From assembly GCA_030748775.1 (NCBI GenBank), contig JASMLH010000005.1, positions 8,625-72,624 on the forward strand: DNA of 64,000 bases. The letters run 5' to 3'. This document shows, piece by piece, positions 28,144-36,780 of this stretch. The stretch is from Candidatus Thalassarchaeaceae archaeon (GTDB taxonomy: Archaea > Thermoplasmatota > Poseidoniia > Poseidoniales > Thalassarchaeaceae). Numbering within the stretch: position 1 is the stretch's first letter; every line of letters starts with the position of its first letter. The translations under genes and the position numbers were made by a program. The notes beneath the pieces are model-generated. The model did not search any database, was not told the origin of the DNA, and saw nothing but the letters and a program-made list of their open reading frames with translations.

Positions 28144-29454
28144 TTAGTAAACGTCTCTTAGGTATCTCTTCTCTGTCTTCATGAGGCCTGTCTCAACGAA
28201 TTCCTTTGCTTCTTCAAGACTCATCCCACCAAATTCTGAGCATATTCCAATGAGTGTGCTGTGCACATCTTTTGCCATGTATTGTTTATCCCCACAGACG
28301 TAGAAGTAAGCCCCTTTATCAATCCAATTCCAGATCTCCTCACCGCTATTCTTCATCAGATGTTGTACGTAGACTTTCTCGGAACCTTGCCGTGACCATG
28401 CCAGATCATGTTTTGTTATGAGGCCCATATCATTCCATTTCTTCATCTCGTCCCGATATAGGTACTCACCTTCCTCGGTCCAGTCTCCGAAGAATAGCCA
28501 GTTCCTCCCCGTTGAGCCGTCAATCTCTCTTTGTTGGAGGAAGGCCCGAAAGGGGGCTATTCCAGTTCCTGGACCGACCATGATGACGTCCTTTGAGCCA
28601 TCTTCTGGCAATACAAATGACCTAGTTGGGGACATGAAAACGCCAACCTCTGTTGAGTTGGACTCGCACTCGTCTGCCATATATCCGGTGCAAAGGCCTG
28701 CTCTGTCCCTACCATGATGGCTGTATCTGACGATGGCTACAGTTAGATGGACAGTTCCCTTCTCATAATCAGGGCTGCTAGCTATGGAATATAGGCGGGG
28801 TTTCAGACGGTCCATTCCATCTACCAGTTGTTGAGGTGTGAAACCCATTGCGCCAAAGTCTGAAATCGAGTCGATGTAGTCCCTAGACCAAATGTAATCT
28901 TCCATTGCTTCGGAATCGGATGTTAGATCAGATAGTAGAGTGGCATAGCTTTCCCCCACAGGGCCAACTTCCACATACCCCTCTGGAAGGTCCCCTTCGT
29001 TTCCTGACCCGGACCAATCTAGAAGGAGTTGTCCATCCTTTGAAGAGTACCTCTTCCTGCTGGTGATACTAATCGTTACTTGCTCAGAATCTCCAGGGAC
29101 CCTTTTTGCTAGACTCTCGATCCATTTCTTGGAGACTCTGTGGATTTCGAATCGGTCCGTTAATGCTTCTCTTACTGTACAGGGTCCCAAATGAGTTTCT
29201 ACTTCCTCATCACCAGAGAAATTTGTGGCCAGCAATATCCCATCCACCAACTCCGGGGGGCATCTTGGGATTACACCTAATGCGTCTCCAGCCTTGTAAT
29301 CGAGACCCGAGTCCTTGAGTTCGAAAACAATGTGCCGAGTTTCCTTCCGTGATCCCTCCCCATTGAGGACAAAGTTTTGCGAAATGGTAGTCATGTATGG
29401 ATTCTTAGCACTCCAGTCTGACATGCCTATTACCAAGCCATTGGAGTTGTTCAT
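28144..29454 (-). CDS. CysJ/CPR-like FAD- and NADPH-binding reductase lacking the flavodoxin (FMN) domain
   Basis: The protein begins at the FAD_binding_1-type segment (SAKNPY....RKETRHIVFEL.DSGLDYKAGDALGV). It then has RLYSIASSP, MVGPGTGIAPFRAFL, YVCGD..YMAKDV and the terminal RYLRDVY. There is no FMN-binding N-terminal domain. Confidence 0.85.
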   Translation of the reverse strand: MNNSNGLVIGMSDWSAKNPYMTTISQNFVLNGEGSRKETRHIVFELKDSGLDYKAGDALGVIPRCPPELVDGILLATNFSGDEEVETHLGPCTVREALTDRFEIHRVSKKWIESLAKRVPGDSEQVTISITSRKRYSSKDGQLLLDWSGSGNEGDLPEGYVEVGPVGESYATLLSDLTSDSEAMEDYIWSRDYIDSISDFGAMGFTPQQLVDGMDRLKPRLYSIASSPDYEKGTVHLTVAIVRYSHHGRDRAGLCTGYMADECESNSTEVGVFMSPTRSFVLPEDGSKDVIMVGPGTGIAPFRAFLQQREIDGSTGRNWLFFGDWTEEGEYLYRDEMKKWNDMGLITKHDLAWSRQGSEKVYVQHLMKNSGEEIWNWIDKGAYFYVCGDKQYMAKDVHSTLIGICSEFGGMSLEEAKEFVETGLMKTEKRYLRDVY

Positions 29455-29507
29455 CGCTTAAGAACGAATGTGGATGTGAGGACTCCCGCAGAAGGAAGCA
29501 TCAAGTC

Positions 29508-30323
29508 ATGGGCACCCCAACGAGAGTCGTGGCGGAGTTGAGGTTCCTAGGGTCGGGAAACGCTTTCTCGCCACCCGGAAGGATGCATGCACTGACGCTT
29601 CTGGACGATTCGATTCTGATTGATGCGCCTCCGACAGTACTTACCCAAATGCATAATTTTGGGGTCTCGCCGTCTCAAATTCGTCACCTCTTGATCACCC
29701 ATTGGCATGCTGATCATTGTTTCGGATTTCCATTCTTAATGCTAGACAGATGGAAAATGGGAGGGATGAAAGGCCAATTGGGTACACTACAGATTCATTG
29801 CAGGCCCGGTGGAAGAAAGAGATTGACTGAACTATGCGAGATTGGTTTTCCTGGATCATTGGCTGAAGAGATTGAGGAAAGATGCTCCTGGAACGAGTCG
29901 GAGAGTGGAGAGCTCACCCCTACTGATTGGATTTTCGAGAGGTTCCCAGTCCGACACACGCCTGAGACAGATCCTCATGGTTACAAATTAGTTCACAAAA
30001 GTGGGCTCTCAATATTGCACTGTGGAGACTCGGGGCCATGCGAAGAAATTGAGCAGCGAGCCCGTAATTCAGACATAATAATCCTTGAAATGGGAGTTCC
30101 AGATTTTGTAAAAAGTCCACATCATCACAACCCATCTGACGTAGCCGCCTTCCAAATCCGTCACCCTCATGCTTCTGTGTTAGTGACTCACAACTTCTCA
30201 AAGTCCCATGATTCTCAAGTTGGCTTCGAGATTCCGGAATTACCAGAGGGGATTTTACAGGTAGAAGATGGGGACCGCCTGAAAATTTCCGAATCGGGGC
30301 AATTTTCATTGTTAAGAAAATAA
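29508..30323 (+). CDS. MBL-fold metallo-hydrolase
   Basis: The HxHxDH motif is present as LITHWHADHCFGFPF, with LHCGDSG downstream. 271 aa. Confidence 0.8.
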   Translation: MGTPTRVVAELRFLGSGNAFSPPGRMHALTLLDDSILIDAPPTVLTQMHNFGVSPSQIRHLLITHWHADHCFGFPFLMLDRWKMGGMKGQLGTLQIHCRPGGRKRLTELCEIGFPGSLAEEIEERCSWNESESGELTPTDWIFERFPVRHTPETDPHGYKLVHKSGLSILHCGDSGPCEEIEQRARNSDIIILEMGVPDFVKSPHHHNPSDVAAFQIRHPHASVLVTHNFSKSHDSQVGFEIPELPEGILQVEDGDRLKISESGQFSLLRK

Positions 30324-30334
30324 TTTTTTTCTTT
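30324..30334 (+). terminator. Oligo-T tract directly after the MBL-hydrolase stop codon
   Basis: TAA (30321-30323) is followed by TTTTTTTCTTT, an archaeal intrinsic-terminator-like T-run. Confidence 0.45.
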
Positions 30335-30489
30335 ACTAGTATATATATTGGAAGAAAAAATATTGCTAATGTGGAAGTGATCTACTGAACGAATCACAAA
30401 TTATTGGTCATTCCAAAACTGAATTGTGGCGAAATAATGGTAAGGTCCAATAATGCAGGCAAAACAATGGTCAGATGTTTTTTTTACAC

Positions 30490-30505
30490 TGGAAAAAAAT
30501 TTCCA
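30490..30505. repeat. Inverted repeat TGGAAA-AAAA-TTTCCA (ORB-like half sites)
   Basis: 6-nt perfect arms with a 4-nt spacer, preceded by a T8 run and ACAC. The same hexamers form the dyad at 36601-36614. Confidence 0.5.
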
Positions 30506-30723
30506 CAAACGATTGACTGGGGAATAATGAAAAAGATTCCTATGTTAGAAAGGGCTATTTGAAATTGTAACTGTTTGTACCGGTCAAAACAACAGTAATT
30601 GGGCATCTCCCAAGACACTCTTATTACCACTGTCAACCTCGCTTGGTGGTACGCACTTCTAGCAATGAACCCAATGGGGGGGTGGATTCGCGATGAGTGA
30701 AGAAAAAACAAAGGTGAAAAAAA

Positions 30724-31962
30724 ATGGACGGGAATATTTTCGAGAAGATTCTCGGCCAGGATAGCCTATTCACTGACCGCAAGGCCTTTGATCATGCATT
30801 CGAGCCAATGAGGCTTCCTCACAGAGAGCACGAGGTGGATGCTCTAGTCATGAATCTAGTAGACGCACTGAATGGGCACATACCTTCCAATATGCTACTC
30901 TACGGAGTTCCAGGTTCGGGTAAGACCGTAGTAACCAGATTCGTATTGGGGCAGCTTAGAGAAAAAGGTGCAGAGATGGGACAGTTGGTTAAGACCTACG
31001 AGATAAATTGCCGAAACGTGGATACAAAGTATAGGGTTGTCCAGTCTATAGCCACCCAACTATCCCAACGCGGTGACGTTCCAGTCCCATTCACTGGATG
31101 GCCAACCGACAGGGTTCTGGAAACATTGGTGGAAAGGATGAGCAGAGCGGGTGGAGTTCACATCATTGTCCTAGACGAAGTGGACAATTTGGTGGACAAG
31201 GGTGGAGACGACCTACTGTATGCGCTAACTAGTTTGAATACCCTACTAAGCGAGGGGAGATGTTCGATAATTGGAATCAGCAACGACCTACACTTCACCC
31301 AACACCTTGACCCTCGAGTTAGTTCCCGCCTCAGTCAGGAAGACGTGGTTTTCCATCCATACGTAGCAACTGAGATACAAAATATTCTGAGTGAGAGAGC
31401 TGAAATGGGCATTCGAGAAGAAGTCCTTGAAGAGGGAGTGATTAGGCTCTGTGCAGCCCTAGCTGCACAGGAGCACGGCGATGCTAGGAGAGCACTTGAT
31501 CTGCTCAGAATTTCTGTACAGAAGGCCGAACAGAGAGCACAGACTAAAGTGAACACGAAGCATGTTAGATTGGCACAGAGTCAACTTGAGTATGATCAAG
31601 TGACTCCTGTGGTTAGGACATTACCTCTTCATCAGAAATTAGTCCTCTTCTCAATCTGCCTAAACGAAGAGAACGGGCTCAGGAACATTTCCACGGGCGA
31701 GATATACAGGACTTACTCGGAGGCATGCTCAAAGATCGGTATTGAGCCACTGACAACCAGGAGAGTCTCGTCACTACTAAATGAACTAGATACAATTGGC
31801 CTGATAATGGCTAGAAATGTCAGCAAGGGCAGGGGCGGGAGAAGCAAGCAGGTTAACTCAGCCATTCCCAAGGCAATTGATGCGATTGCACTGATGAGCG
31901 AAAACGAGCCTTTGGTCAGTGAGGCCGCTCTGGGCAAGTACAACCTCCAAGGGCAGCTGTAG
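30724..31962 (+). CDS. cdc6: Orc1/Cdc6 replication initiator
   Basis: Walker A YGVPGSGKT, Walker B IVLDEVDNL, sensor region GDARRALDLLR and a C-terminal winged helix. AGGTGA Shine-Dalgarno 7 nt upstream. Confidence 0.95.
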   Translation: MDGNIFEKILGQDSLFTDRKAFDHAFEPMRLPHREHEVDALVMNLVDALNGHIPSNMLLYGVPGSGKTVVTRFVLGQLREKGAEMGQLVKTYEINCRNVDTKYRVVQSIATQLSQRGDVPVPFTGWPTDRVLETLVERMSRAGGVHIIVLDEVDNLVDKGGDDLLYALTSLNTLLSEGRCSIIGISNDLHFTQHLDPRVSSRLSQEDVVFHPYVATEIQNILSERAEMGIREEVLEEGVIRLCAALAAQEHGDARRALDLLRISVQKAEQRAQTKVNTKHVRLAQSQLEYDQVTPVVRTLPLHQKLVLFSICLNEENGLRNISTGEIYRTYSEACSKIGIEPLTTRRVSSLLNELDTIGLIMARNVSKGRGGRSKQVNSAIPKAIDAIALMSENEPLVSEAALGKYNLQGQL

Positions 31963-31967
31963 TTTGA

Positions 31968-32546
31968 ATGCCGACAATGGTTAAACCGAGGCGTCAGGTC
32001 GGCGGCTCGATGCCTGAAGGAGACACAGAATGGAAGGGCTCGTTGTTGAGGCCCAGTAAGAGCGCTTCCGTTGTGGCGATAATTCTCGGGTCTTGGGCCC
32101 TATTGTTGAATTTCCTTAACATCGTAATTGGGGTTCATTCAGAAGGACAGAAGGTTCGATGGATTGAATTCATCACGAATGGCTCAGAAGTGAGCCAGGC
32201 TCATGAGATTGGAATTCTCTTGCCAGACGATTTGGTTTTTGGCTTAATGGGAATTGGAATCTTTGCTGCTGGTTTCATGGGAATAGGAAGGTCTGTCGAG
32301 GGCGGGTTCGCAAAATGGTTCAGTGAACTACCAAAGAGTGCAATTTTCTCTAGCCTCCTCTCTACGGACAATGGATCAAGTAGGACCATAGGCAGTTGGA
32401 TGATTGTCTCAGGCTTGCTATTCTATTTCGTATGGAGCGTGCTGAACACCACATGGGTTGACCCCGGGGTATACTCTGTGATGATTGCTCTAGTGGCCTT
32501 TGGCTTCGGGCTCCACTCGATCGAAGACTCAGGGGCTAACCAGTAG
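31968..32546 (+). CDS. Membrane protein, unknown function
   Basis: 192 aa with four predicted hydrophobic spans, 5 nt downstream of cdc6. No motif recognised. Confidence 0.55.
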   Translation: MPTMVKPRRQVGGSMPEGDTEWKGSLLRPSKSASVVAIILGSWALLLNFLNIVIGVHSEGQKVRWIEFITNGSEVSQAHEIGILLPDDLVFGLMGIGIFAAGFMGIGRSVEGGFAKWFSELPKSAIFSSLLSTDNGSSRTIGSWMIVSGLLFYFVWSVLNTTWVDPGVYSVMIALVAFGFGLHSIEDSGANQ

Positions 32547-33636
32547 ATTTTTCAAAACCCAGAAGGAGATTTCGGCACCTTTCCTTTGAGTCCTCGTCAC
32601 ACCATCTCAGGACTACTCCCTTACCAGGTTGGCCATAAAGTACAGCGGAACCTATTGGGGCAAGAGGATGGAGGACCAATGGCGCCAGATCCTCCTCCCC
32701 GTCAACCTTAATCAGGTGTTTAGAGCCATTTCTCCTCCACAAGCTGATTGCATCCTCACATGCATTAATCAGAGAGTCAGTGATTGTTCCAGCGGGACTA
32801 TCACATTCCATTACTGAATCGTATAGGGAAAATTCGATTTGGTCTGCATCGGCCCATTCTTGGCGCTTGGTGCGGCCATCGATTAGTGCAATATCTGGAA
32901 TCTTTCCAATCTTCTGAAGAGTCAGGACAGTGACATCCCCAACTGCGATGATACAACCATAATCCATTGTATCTTCTATCTCTCCCAATGCAGAATTCAT
33001 AGCAACCTGGGGTTCTGATTCAGGTCCAGAAAACAGCCTTCCAAATGGTTCCTTTAATTCGGCTTCAACCTTTGAAGTAAGTATTGAAGTTCCCTCATTC
33101 AATTTCGCTGGAATCCAAGGTTGGCCCTTTCTGTCTATCTGACCGGAGCGAATCCGCGAGCTCGATATTGGTACGCCATCCCAAGCAAGAACTCTATCTC
33201 CAGAAATTATTCGTAGACGATCTAGTCCCTTTTCGGCGCGAATATCATTGATTTTTTCACATTCAGATATGGTCTCAGAAGTGCACACTATTGCTGTTGC
33301 TTGACCGTGGCTTGTCGCAGGTCCGTGTTTATCATCAAGCGAGTGGAATGAAACCCTTGAGGAGGACTCGTCCAGAAACTGCTCAACTTCTGAACATCTT
33401 TCTTCCCATTCCTTGATTAGTGAATTCTTGGATTTTGCAATTTCATCGTTTGTAATCCAGACCTCCAATGAATGGCATTCGGAAAGGCCAATTTCGATTA
33501 GTGACTTGTGGCCATAATGAAATCGGTCGAAGGTCCCTCCGATTAAACCGACTTCGTGCATTGATTTTCCGCCATTGGGCTCTGATTTCACTTCTATGGA
33601 AACTTGTGTGCCCCGGGGCGTAACGGCAACCTTCAC
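32536..33636 (-). CDS. Bifunctional phosphopantetheine adenylyltransferase / GTP-dependent dephospho-CoA kinase (PPAT-DUF359 fusion)
   Basis: The N-terminal half has the archaeal cytidylyltransferase-type PPAT motifs GGTFDRFHYGHKSLI and ISSSRIRSG. The C-terminal half carries DUF359/archaeal DPCK signatures: IIAVGDVTVLTL...IPDIALIDGRTKR, SPAGTIT, VDGEEDLAPLVL and GSAVLYGQPGKGVV. An alternative start is at 33561 (MHEVGLIGG). Confidence 0.8.
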   Translation of the reverse strand: MKVAVTPRGTQVSIEVKSEPNGGKSMHEVGLIGGTFDRFHYGHKSLIEIGLSECHSLEVWITNDEIAKSKNSLIKEWEERCSEVEQFLDESSSRVSFHSLDDKHGPATSHGQATAIVCTSETISECEKINDIRAEKGLDRLRIISGDRVLAWDGVPISSSRIRSGQIDRKGQPWIPAKLNEGTSILTSKVEAELKEPFGRLFSGPESEPQVAMNSALGEIEDTMDYGCIIAVGDVTVLTLQKIGKIPDIALIDGRTKRQEWADADQIEFSLYDSVMECDSPAGTITDSLINACEDAISLWRRNGSKHLIKVDGEEDLAPLVLHPLAPIGSAVLYGQPGKGVVLRWCDEDSKERCRNLLLGFEKSTG

Positions 33637-33715
33637 TGCTTGGCTCTGGCGCCTGACCCACCCCGGGACGTCTGTCGGACTGTGTGGTAGTCCCTTGATT
33701 CATTCTATTCCGTCC

Positions 33716-33901
33716 TCAGGGGACCTTCACAATCCGGCCACCTGATTTGCGCCACAGTTCATCCCGAAAATCGGTCCCAGTGGTCTTCGACAGGTGGTCA
33801 CCCAATCCGTGGTACCGTGTTTCATCCTCCACCTCCGGCGAGGGGGTTTCGTCCACACGGTGTTGCCGGTTGGGCAGTCTCCGCCTCCCAATGGTGCTCA
33901 T
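33716..33901 (-). CDS. Possible small basic protein (unsupported beyond ORF)
   Basis: 61-aa ORF on the same strand as its neighbours, in a 294-bp gap whose GC looks coding-like. No Shine-Dalgarno and no homology recognised. Confidence 0.2.
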   Translation of the reverse strand: MSTIGRRRLPNRQHRVDETPSPEVEDETRYHGLGDHLSKTTGTDFRDELWRKSGGRIVKVP

Positions 33902-33930
33902 GAACCCAACGGTCGAAGGAAAAATCGAAC

Positions 33931-36525
33931 TTACCGCAATTCAGGATGAAAACCGGACATTCCGGATGCCAGCCTCTCGGAAACTGGTTCGTCTCCAGAC
34001 ATGATCATTTTTCTGGTAAAGTTTGGCCATCTTTCCTTGGGTTGAGCCAGCCATCCGACAAGATCGTGTGTCCTACCAGACAAAGGTGGGATTCCCTTCT
34101 TAACCGAATTCAGAGAGTCCATTAGATCCAGAATCGGATTGACGTTTTCTTCGGAGAAATTGACAAGTTGATTGTAGTTGATTGAAGCATTGAGCCTTTC
34201 CAAGATTTGGGGATTACATCCGGGGTGAGTGACATGTTGCATTCCGGGTGACTCGCAATTCTCACCTATAGGGCGAAGAAGGGCAGCGCTCCATGGAGTA
34301 CGAATAGAGAATAAGTCGTCCAAGTCATCTTGTTCAAGCAGTAGAAGGAGCATATCAGAGGATATCGGGGCCCACCACTCGTAAGGCAAGTCATGCCTAA
34401 ATCTCTGAACTATAGAGATGTCTAGGTGACCGTCACTTGCAGAACAATCGTATAGCTTAGACCATGTATTCAACTGATGACCTTCTTCCAGATTGATGGC
34501 CCGATTCCTAATTCGTATAATTGAATCATGAAATTCGGATTCAGTTGCTTCAGTAATTCTCAGCAACCACGTGTACCCCATCAGTGCCTGTAGTGATTCT
34601 ACTGGCGGTTCGGACAGCCATGCCTCAACTGCCCAGTCGATTATGTCGGGGTGAGACTCCTCAGGAAGCCATGGAGAGTTCAATATGAACTGAGAAGCAA
34701 GCCATGCTGCGCCCCTAGTTGCCTGACTGGGATCTATAGCTGGCCAGGAACGTAGTAAGTTATCGGGATCTTCACGAAGCTTGGAGGTGATTTTTGCAGA
34801 GTAAAGCTTGAGGATAGGGTCTGTAGCCTGGTCTGCGAGCTCGGAAATCTTCTCTATTGGAAGATGATCCACATCCATAAGGGCAAGCCATTCTTGATCC
34901 AGTCTTTTAGAAATTCGCTGCCATCTTGGCCATCTTGAACGACTGGGTGAGGCAATCCATGCTGCAAGTGGATACATTGCTTCCATCAGATTTGCCCACT
35001 CCTCATCCCCTTTCGGATACTGAGATAATGCAGAACTAATAATCGATATCATGTCTCCATCTAGTTCCTCAGGAACATAATCACTATCTATGTCCAAATC
35101 CATGATGTCCCAAGGAGAAATTGTCTTTGTCTCTGCTTCCGTAATTGTGGAAATGCTGCTGCTCTGCTCGACCAATCTTACCGGAATGCGAATGCCACTA
35201 CTAGTCGAGTACCTAAGCCAAGGAATAGTTCTGATTCTATCCATATCCAATCGGTCGAAACTAGAGAATTGCTGTATATCTTCATCTAGAATCACCAAAC
35301 GAAGATTTGAATGTGATGAAATCTCGGAAAGAAGATCGCTAGGGATTCCTTCGCCAATTTCCAAAACCAACGAGGAGTTGGTTTGATTCAGTGACCAACG
35401 AACTAGGGCCTCAATCGCTGAGTCACCGAGACCCCTGATATCTACAAGCATGGGTTCTGATTCGGGCTTGGAGAATTCCGCCCGGCCCCAGTCCTTTCTG
35501 AACTTCCTAATCGTTGAGTCCTCAGTTTTCACGCGTCTTGTAGTAGAGAGCTTGTCCTTCAGAGATTGTAGTCTTCTCTTCCTCTCGTTTGCAGTCAATC
35601 TTGGATGAGCAGCCTCAATCCAATAATCCAGAGAGTCCAGTGGATATGGTTCTCCTTCAATGTCCAGCCCTGCCAAGTCAGCGACAACAAGTGCATTTGG
35701 CCTAGCAGATCTTAGAAGCACGGACCTAGGAAGCCTCTCCTTGATGATCGCAACGACTGGTTGGGTCGGACGGATATCTGGATAATTGGCATGTGCTGAG
35801 CCCAAGACCCAATTTCCCCGGTGATATGTGGTCTCGTCCAATGGCGGTCCAGACATCAAATCCAATGGGACGAACCAATCTTTCTGTGAAATGGTGGAGC
35901 GAAAATCAGGATTAAGCAATTTTGCGCGCATCAGTCCAATTACAGATTCCTGTCCCAAGTAAGCGTCGATAAGCTCGGGTCCAGCAATCTCTGGGGGTGA
36001 ATCTAGGATGGTCATGTTTCCAATGTCAAACCATCTGGGTGATTTTTCCAATAGTTCTGCCCAGGCCCATGACACCCCTTTGTTTCTAGTGGATTGGGTA
36101 TTTCTCCCAGAATGGGGGATCGGCCTATTGGGAATCTGGACCATTGGTTCATTCGGGGGTGCCAGGAAACCTAGAAGCAGTTCCGATTCATCACGGAAAA
36201 TCAGACAGCATCCTTGCATGTCGGATTCGAGACTTGGGATTGAAAGTACCTTTGACCATTCATCGGCCTCCAAAGCATCCCATCCCTTCTCAGTCAATCG
36301 AATTTTCGAACCTCTACTGCCTGGCGGAAGATCACTGGACACAAGCCCATCCTCCCTCATCCTCCTGATTTCAGCCGATGCATGTGGAGTCCTTAGTCTC
36401 GAATCAACGGCCAGCTCTGTGACTGTTGCATCTCCTTCGGAGAGTCTTGAAATGAGCCTCCAGCGATGTTTGCTCCTTATCCTTCTTGGGGAAACGGGGC
36501 GTTCTCTTCCGGAAGTAATTGACAT
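33931..36525 (-). CDS. Large (864 aa) protein with N-terminal winged-helix DNA-binding domain; remainder uncharacterised
   Basis: The N-terminus RWRLISRLSEGDATVTELAVDSRLRTPHASAEIRRMREDGLVSS....SKIRLTEKGWDAL is an ArsR/MarR/TrmB-type wHTH pattern. About 770 further residues carry no motif I recognise. AGGTGA Shine-Dalgarno 7 nt upstream of the ATG. Confidence 0.75.
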   Translation of the reverse strand: MSITSGRERPVSPRRIRSKHRWRLISRLSEGDATVTELAVDSRLRTPHASAEIRRMREDGLVSSDLPPGSRGSKIRLTEKGWDALEADEWSKVLSIPSLESDMQGCCLIFRDESELLLGFLAPPNEPMVQIPNRPIPHSGRNTQSTRNKGVSWAWAELLEKSPRWFDIGNMTILDSPPEIAGPELIDAYLGQESVIGLMRAKLLNPDFRSTISQKDWFVPLDLMSGPPLDETTYHRGNWVLGSAHANYPDIRPTQPVVAIIKERLPRSVLLRSARPNALVVADLAGLDIEGEPYPLDSLDYWIEAAHPRLTANERKRRLQSLKDKLSTTRRVKTEDSTIRKFRKDWGRAEFSKPESEPMLVDIRGLGDSAIEALVRWSLNQTNSSLVLEIGEGIPSDLLSEISSHSNLRLVILDEDIQQFSSFDRLDMDRIRTIPWLRYSTSSGIRIPVRLVEQSSSISTITEAETKTISPWDIMDLDIDSDYVPEELDGDMISIISSALSQYPKGDEEWANLMEAMYPLAAWIASPSRSRWPRWQRISKRLDQEWLALMDVDHLPIEKISELADQATDPILKLYSAKITSKLREDPDNLLRSWPAIDPSQATRGAAWLASQFILNSPWLPEESHPDIIDWAVEAWLSEPPVESLQALMGYTWLLRITEATESEFHDSIIRIRNRAINLEEGHQLNTWSKLYDCSASDGHLDISIVQRFRHDLPYEWWAPISSDMLLLLLEQDDLDDLFSIRTPWSAALLRPIGENCESPGMQHVTHPGCNPQILERLNASINYNQLVNFSEENVNPILDLMDSLNSVKKGIPPLSGRTHDLVGWLAQPKERWPNFTRKMIMSGDEPVSERLASGMSGFHPELR

Positions 36526-36600
36526 GAAATATCACCTACAAAATGAGTCACAGCATAAGATAGTAATAAATTATTTGATTTAGTTACATTTTATTACATA

Positions 36601-36614
36601 TTTCCAGTGGAAAT
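36601..36614. repeat. Perfect dyad TTTCCA-G-TGGAAA(T), origin-recognition-box-like
   Basis: ATTTCCAGTGGAAAT has 7-nt arms and a 1-nt spacer. It lies in a spacer of about 28% GC (51 G/C counted in 180 nt, 36541-36720). It resembles the TCCA-N-(N)-GGAAA core of archaeal ORB/mini-ORB elements as I recall them. It sits about 76-90 nt upstream of the 864-aa gene start. Confidence 0.5.
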
Positions 36615-36780
36615 GACTACAGTTTCATTATTGCACCACATCATTGAGTGATAAAGTGATAAAATCTTGTTACGATATGTAACCAACAAGACAAAGAAAA
36701 TACAGAAGCGTTATATTACCACCCGCTGTCCTGTGAAAAGTGACCCGGCACGGGAGTCACGCAGCAAGAATGGTGGCATC

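Larger units (their letters stand above)
30324..30723. other. Putative replication origin (oriC) upstream of orc1/cdc6
   Basis: 400-bp non-coding spacer. I counted 71 G/C in 240 nt for 30301-30540 (about 30% GC) against roughly 50% in flanking genes; 30301-30360 has only 9 G/C. It contains A/T tracts, repeated TGGAA/TTCCA half-sites (30350, 30372, 30411, 30490, 30500), three AA(T/C)AATG(G/C) repeats (30434-30470) and a G7 run at 30676-30682. It sits immediately 5' of orc1/cdc6, as in many archaeal origins. Confidence 0.55.

Noticed and set aside
30484-30711. 75-aa minus-strand ORF inside the cdc6-upstream spacer
   Set aside because: It lies in AT-rich repeat-bearing non-coding DNA, has an implausible composition, and shows no SD or homology. 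The region is better explained as origin/promoter DNA.
33637-33930. GC-normal 294-bp gap considered as a structured RNA gene (SRP RNA, RNase P RNA or an intron-containing tRNA)
   Set aside because: I found no SRP helix-8 GGAA/AGCA motifs, no RNase P conserved regions and no T-loop. Only short helices (7 bp or less) could be drawn. A small ORF remains a weak alternative and is listed with low confidence.
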